Assembly: GCA_002104905.1 (NCBI GenBank)
Contig: MCFE01000006.1
Location: 186,001 to 250,000, forward strand
DNA length: 64,000 nucleotides
From: Basidiobolus meristosporus CBS 931.73
Lineage: Eukaryota; Fungi; Basidiobolomycota
Reading direction: 5' to 3'
In this document: piece by piece, positions 60,041-64,000 of the stretch
Layout of the letters: each line of letters opens with the position of its first letter
How positions within the stretch are numbered: the stretch's first letter is position 1
Translations under genes and position numbers: made by a program
The notes under the pieces: generated by a model
Told to the model about the DNA's origin: nothing
The model's input: only the letters and a program-made list of their open reading frames with translations
Databases searched by the model: none

Positions 60041-62564
60041 GTGCAAACTGAGCCAGGTGAGTTTGTGATGCCCTTAGGCTCACCCCAGCCTTCTGAATAT
60101 GGTGTGCAGAATGCATGCTCTGAAGAAGCAGGCTCACTGATGGATTGTGAGTCTTTCTTCCCTAACAACAGTACCCTGCATGAGCCCAGCAAAATCCCTT
60201 TATGTAATGAGACAACACCCATGGAAGAAAAGGCCAAGGACACTTTATTGAGTCAAGTGAGCCCAGTAATTCATCTTTTAATGAATGATGCAATGTTGTG
60301 GCTAGAGAAGTGGTGCATATCCACTAATATCAGTAATGGGGGCTTTGAGGATTTACAACTACTTCTTGCCAAAATCATCCTGGGATGCAACTTATCATAT
60401 ACATAGTATAAATGAACAACCATCATGCAGCCAGCAACATATGACCCAGAGACCATCCTGATACCAGCATGTGTTAACAGCTGCATGGCATTCACATCAG
60501 AAAATGCCACCATTGCAAGGGGTCCTACTTGTCAGGAATCCACCACTGTAGGAGGACAACATTGCTTGCACTCCAGATATATCCCAGTGATACCCCATCT
60601 ATAGAAGCTCATGCAGTCCAACAAATATTGTGAAGCTTTGAAGTACCACATGTTGTGAAAAATTTGTATTTCCACCTAAATATTCACCTAACTTAGTCAC
60701 TTAGATCATCACCTTCAAATCCTAGAGAATACTGACCAAATTCCTTGTCAGGATTTACTTAGAATATTTTTACCAAAATACCAGGTACCCAGAACATGAA
60801 AATTCTCAAAGTTGTCCAAACAGCCCCAAACTTTGCACACATGTTCTTGGGACCTTCCTTAACCTATTCTACATGTTTGTAATGCCAAGACCAGGTAAAA
60901 GCATAAATACTACTTTTACATTCAATAAATCATTAAGTGAAAACCACATAATCTACTTGTTCTCCAAATCACTTCCAATATCTCCAAGACTCTTACAACA
61001 CCACACTCAGTATCAATCAAGCACAAACATACCCAATATGTTCAATGGCAAACATTACACACAGCTAAGAAGCAAGGGCTACTTTGAAGATATGTATAAC
61101 CATGCCTTTGCCATGGCACTTGATGGATTCTCATTAAACAGGTATGCTGACAGCAAATCATGCTGGTCACTGATTCTCATCAACCTGAATATACCACCTA
61201 TCTTATGGTATCAGAGCAGAAATCTGATGGTAGTCTTGCTGGTATCTGGACCTAAATCAATATCCAACCTGGACAACTACCTCTATCCATTGCTGGATTA
61301 ATTTTGTATGCTTTCCGGCAAGATAACAGTGAATGGCTGTCAAGACAAAGTGCATATTGTTATTTGCATTGGAGATACTCCAGCCATCAACAAGATAGCT
61401 GGCCTTTCTGGGCACAATGGACTGTATTGCTGTCAAATGGGCAAGATCCAGGGGACTTACTCCATAAGCCACACACATTATTATTATCCAAACACAAACA
61501 CTATGAGCATCAAATTCCTGCAGAGAGAACCTACAGAAGTCAGCATGCCATTGTAGCAAAGCTGGTAAGCTATAAGCAAGGGGCAAGAATATGGAACTAA
61601 TCAGAAACCAGAGATATTTGAGATAGAGGGTATCTGTTGGAGCAAAAGCCTTCCACTAAGAGCAATGCATTTACTCTTCAACCATATCCCTATACTGATG
61701 CCAAAGTTGTACATAGCAAGGACTGCATGAACTGGATATGAACTTATTCAAGTGACCTTCTGAAGCCATTTCTATCAAGAGTACATTGGAAGCATTGGGA
61801 GTCATTTGTGTACATTGTAGGAATATTTATCCAGAAGCATATCACCAATGCCAACTTAATGCATCTACAGCTTTTGTGCAAGGAGTTTATGACAGGATTT
61901 GAGCAGCTATACTACAAACATAAAGCTGAATACATAGATCTCTGCTGCTACTGTATCCATTTGCTACTACATCCTGCTTGGTGTGTTGATAATATTGCAC
62001 CTTGCTCCACCTTTTGGGAGTTCCCTATGGAGCAGATGTGTGGGGAGATAGGAAGACAAGTCAAGTTGCAGGTGCTACCATATCCCAATCTCATCAAGAA
62101 TACTACCTTCAAGTCTGTCATGGATGTGATGAGTCAGTGCATGGAGGACAGCCAGGAAGAGTTGGAAAATACTAATGACAGATATGCACATGGAGATGCC
62201 TATGCCTAGGGCATTAAGAAGCTAAGCAGCCCCAATGTGTGTGTAATCAGTTAAGTAATGCAAAGTTGAGTTGGGTGCAACAAGCAACTAATTTTTAAGA
62301 GAAAAACTCTACCAAGGTATGCCAGATTTCTCATGGTCACAAGCCAACTTCTACACCTTTCTATACAGAATTCACTCAAACAAGAGCCAGAGCGCACCTG
62401 TAAGGGGGACTAAAACCCAGCAGGGACAAGGAATATATTGGCTAAATAACAAAACGTTCTTTGCAGATATTCAGGAGGTATTCATGGTAGAAGTGGCAGC
62501 AACCAAGCATATGTTTGTAAGATGTATATGGCAACTTTGCAAGCTTCACACTAAAAAGCCATAA
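60041..62564 (+). pseudogene. CACTA/EnSpm Transposase_21-like gene, disrupted
   Basis: PACVNSCMAFT, MFNGKHY..MALDGF..WSLILINLNIPP..NLMVVLLVSGPK..LDNYLYPLLD, CIGDTPAINK..GHNG.YCC, CIHLLLH..FWEFPMEQMCG. Confidence 0.88.
60651..61000 (+). mobile_element. Solo copia LTR inserted in the CACTA transposase
   Basis: TGTTGT...ACAACA, 350 bp, perfect TSD CCACA; close to the LTRs of 16072-20749. Confidence 0.95.
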
Positions 62565-63164
62565 AGTTGAGGTGTTAGAAGTATGTCAATTGCAGCAGGT
62601 GTGCATATGTGTAGAGGTTAGTGAGCAGGATGTCATAGTATATTTTAATTCAAACTATAGGTGAATTACTCAAGATAGTAGTGTGTAAGCAAATACAAAG
62701 GGGTGATTTTACAGAGAAATATATGAATTGTGCAAGGGGAGGTAGAAAAGAAAACACCATTTAGCAAATTAGTATGGTAGCATTATACAGAACTAGCTGT
62801 AGGTTGCTTACAGCTGTGATAATGCCATCAGAAGCTTGTAAAGAGGCCGCCAAAACACTGTCAAGTTTTTTGCCATATAAGGCAATAGGATGTACTTGCC
62901 AGTTAGATCCATTCAGATAGTTTTAAAGCACACCAAGTTAGCAACAATGCCATGCAACCCTTGGCAAAACAATTTACAAAAACTGTTATATTTTATCAGC
63001 CTTATTTGGCTGTAAAATTAGCAAAATGCTGTTGTGATCCCATCACAAGATTGTGTAGATGGTCATTGATTCCAAGCTGCTGGTATTATAGTGATCTCCT
63101 GATGAGATCTTGCCAGCTGATCTGGATTGGATCCACCTGTGGGACCAAACTGTTTTTCATTGGG

Positions 63165-63320
63165 ATATGGTAGTACCTGCAACTTGACTAATCTTCCTAT
63201 CTCCCCACACATTTGCTCCATAGGAAACTCCCACTAGGAGAAGCAAGGCCTCATATTCTCCACACACCAAGCAAGATGTAGTCAAGGGTTGATGCAGTAG
63301 CAGTCAAAGAGTACTATGTA
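63165..63320 (-). pseudogene. Inverted fragment of the CACTA transposase abutting the right TIR
   Basis: Reverse-complement match to 61935-62085 (WEFPMEQMCGEIGRLVK). Confidence 0.7.
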
Positions 63321-63350
63321 TCTAGTGATAGATTAACTAAGCTTAGTTTA

Positions 63351-63423
63351 TTGGTAGATATATCTAATTCTAATCATTGGTAGATATCTAATTCTAATCA
63401 TTGGTAGATATCTAATTCTAATC
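63351..63423. repeat. 24-bp tandem repeat, three copies (TTGGTAGATATCTAATTCTAATCA)
   Basis: Directly visible; the first unit has an extra TA. Confidence 0.9.
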
Positions 63424-63904
63424 TAGCACTCTATGGCTTGGCAATCTGTAGCCCTAATGCAAGTAATCAATGCAACTCAAGAGGTAGCTTACATCTATCA
63501 GCTTGCCCAAGTGATCACAATTATTTTGAACTTTGTCTGTGAGAACATATTAATTTTTTTGCATTGGATACAACCTATATTATGCCCTAAAACGCTAGAA
63601 TGAAATCAGTTAAAAAAATTGAGTAGAGCAACCTCCTGCCTAACTACACTGAGTTACCTGATATAAGACTTTTAATAATCTGAAAGTAGCTACATTGCCA
63701 GTACCATTCAAGGTATCAGTACCATATTTATATCAAATATGGCTGGAGTCAAGATTACCAAGTATACAGTTGCTCTTTACAACTTCCAATTAAATGAAAG
63801 CTACTCCAGTACACTTGAATTGAGTAAACTAATTTATTATTGTAGTGTGCCACATCCAAGTATATCTGAGGCACACTTGCATACATATAAGCAGCCTTAT
63901 GTTA

Positions 63905-64000
63905 TATAATGCTACTCACCTGACTTAGTCACTTAAATCATTACCTATAAATCTTAGAGTATACTGACCAAATTCCTTGATGCATCTATACACTCGGAAT
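63905..64000 (+). repeat. Copia LTR fragment
   Basis: cacctgacttagtcacttaaatcattacct..atactgaccaaattccttg matches the LTR family. Confidence 0.65.

Larger units (their letters stand above)
56019..63164. mobile_element. Two-gene CACTA/EnSpm-like DNA transposon (inactivated)
   Basis: Imperfect TIRs of about 70 bp beginning CCC (CCCTATTAAAAATAATTTGGTCC.. / CCCAATGAAAAACAGTTTGGTCC..). ORF Y on minus and Transposase_21-like gene on plus. No matching TSD. Confidence 0.7.

Overview
Eukaryotic, most likely fungal DNA; an early-diverging lineage is inferred from short GT-AG introns and gene content. The window has three zones. (1) About 1-36.65 kb and (3) about 53.3-64 kb are CpG-depleted, TpG/CpA-rich graveyards of nested transposons. 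They contain Ty1/copia LTR retroelements (one full-length copy at 16072-20749 with an AATTC TSD, three TSD-flanked solo LTRs, many relics). They also contain a two-gene PHIS/ISL2-like DNA transposon family (AGACTTGTT termini, A(A/T)T TSD) with palindromic non-autonomous derivatives, and a two-gene CACTA/EnSpm-like family with CCC termini and an unknown divergent second ORF. (2) About 36.65-53.3 kb is a CpG-normal island with six spliced or intact genes, all on the minus strand: RPS17, a CUE-like/Myb/U-box protein, a CSC1/OSCA channel, a probable GPI-anchored PL38/alginate-lyase-fold lyase, GID4, and a two-finger C2H2 factor. All calls are by eye; coordinates of degenerate relics are approximate.
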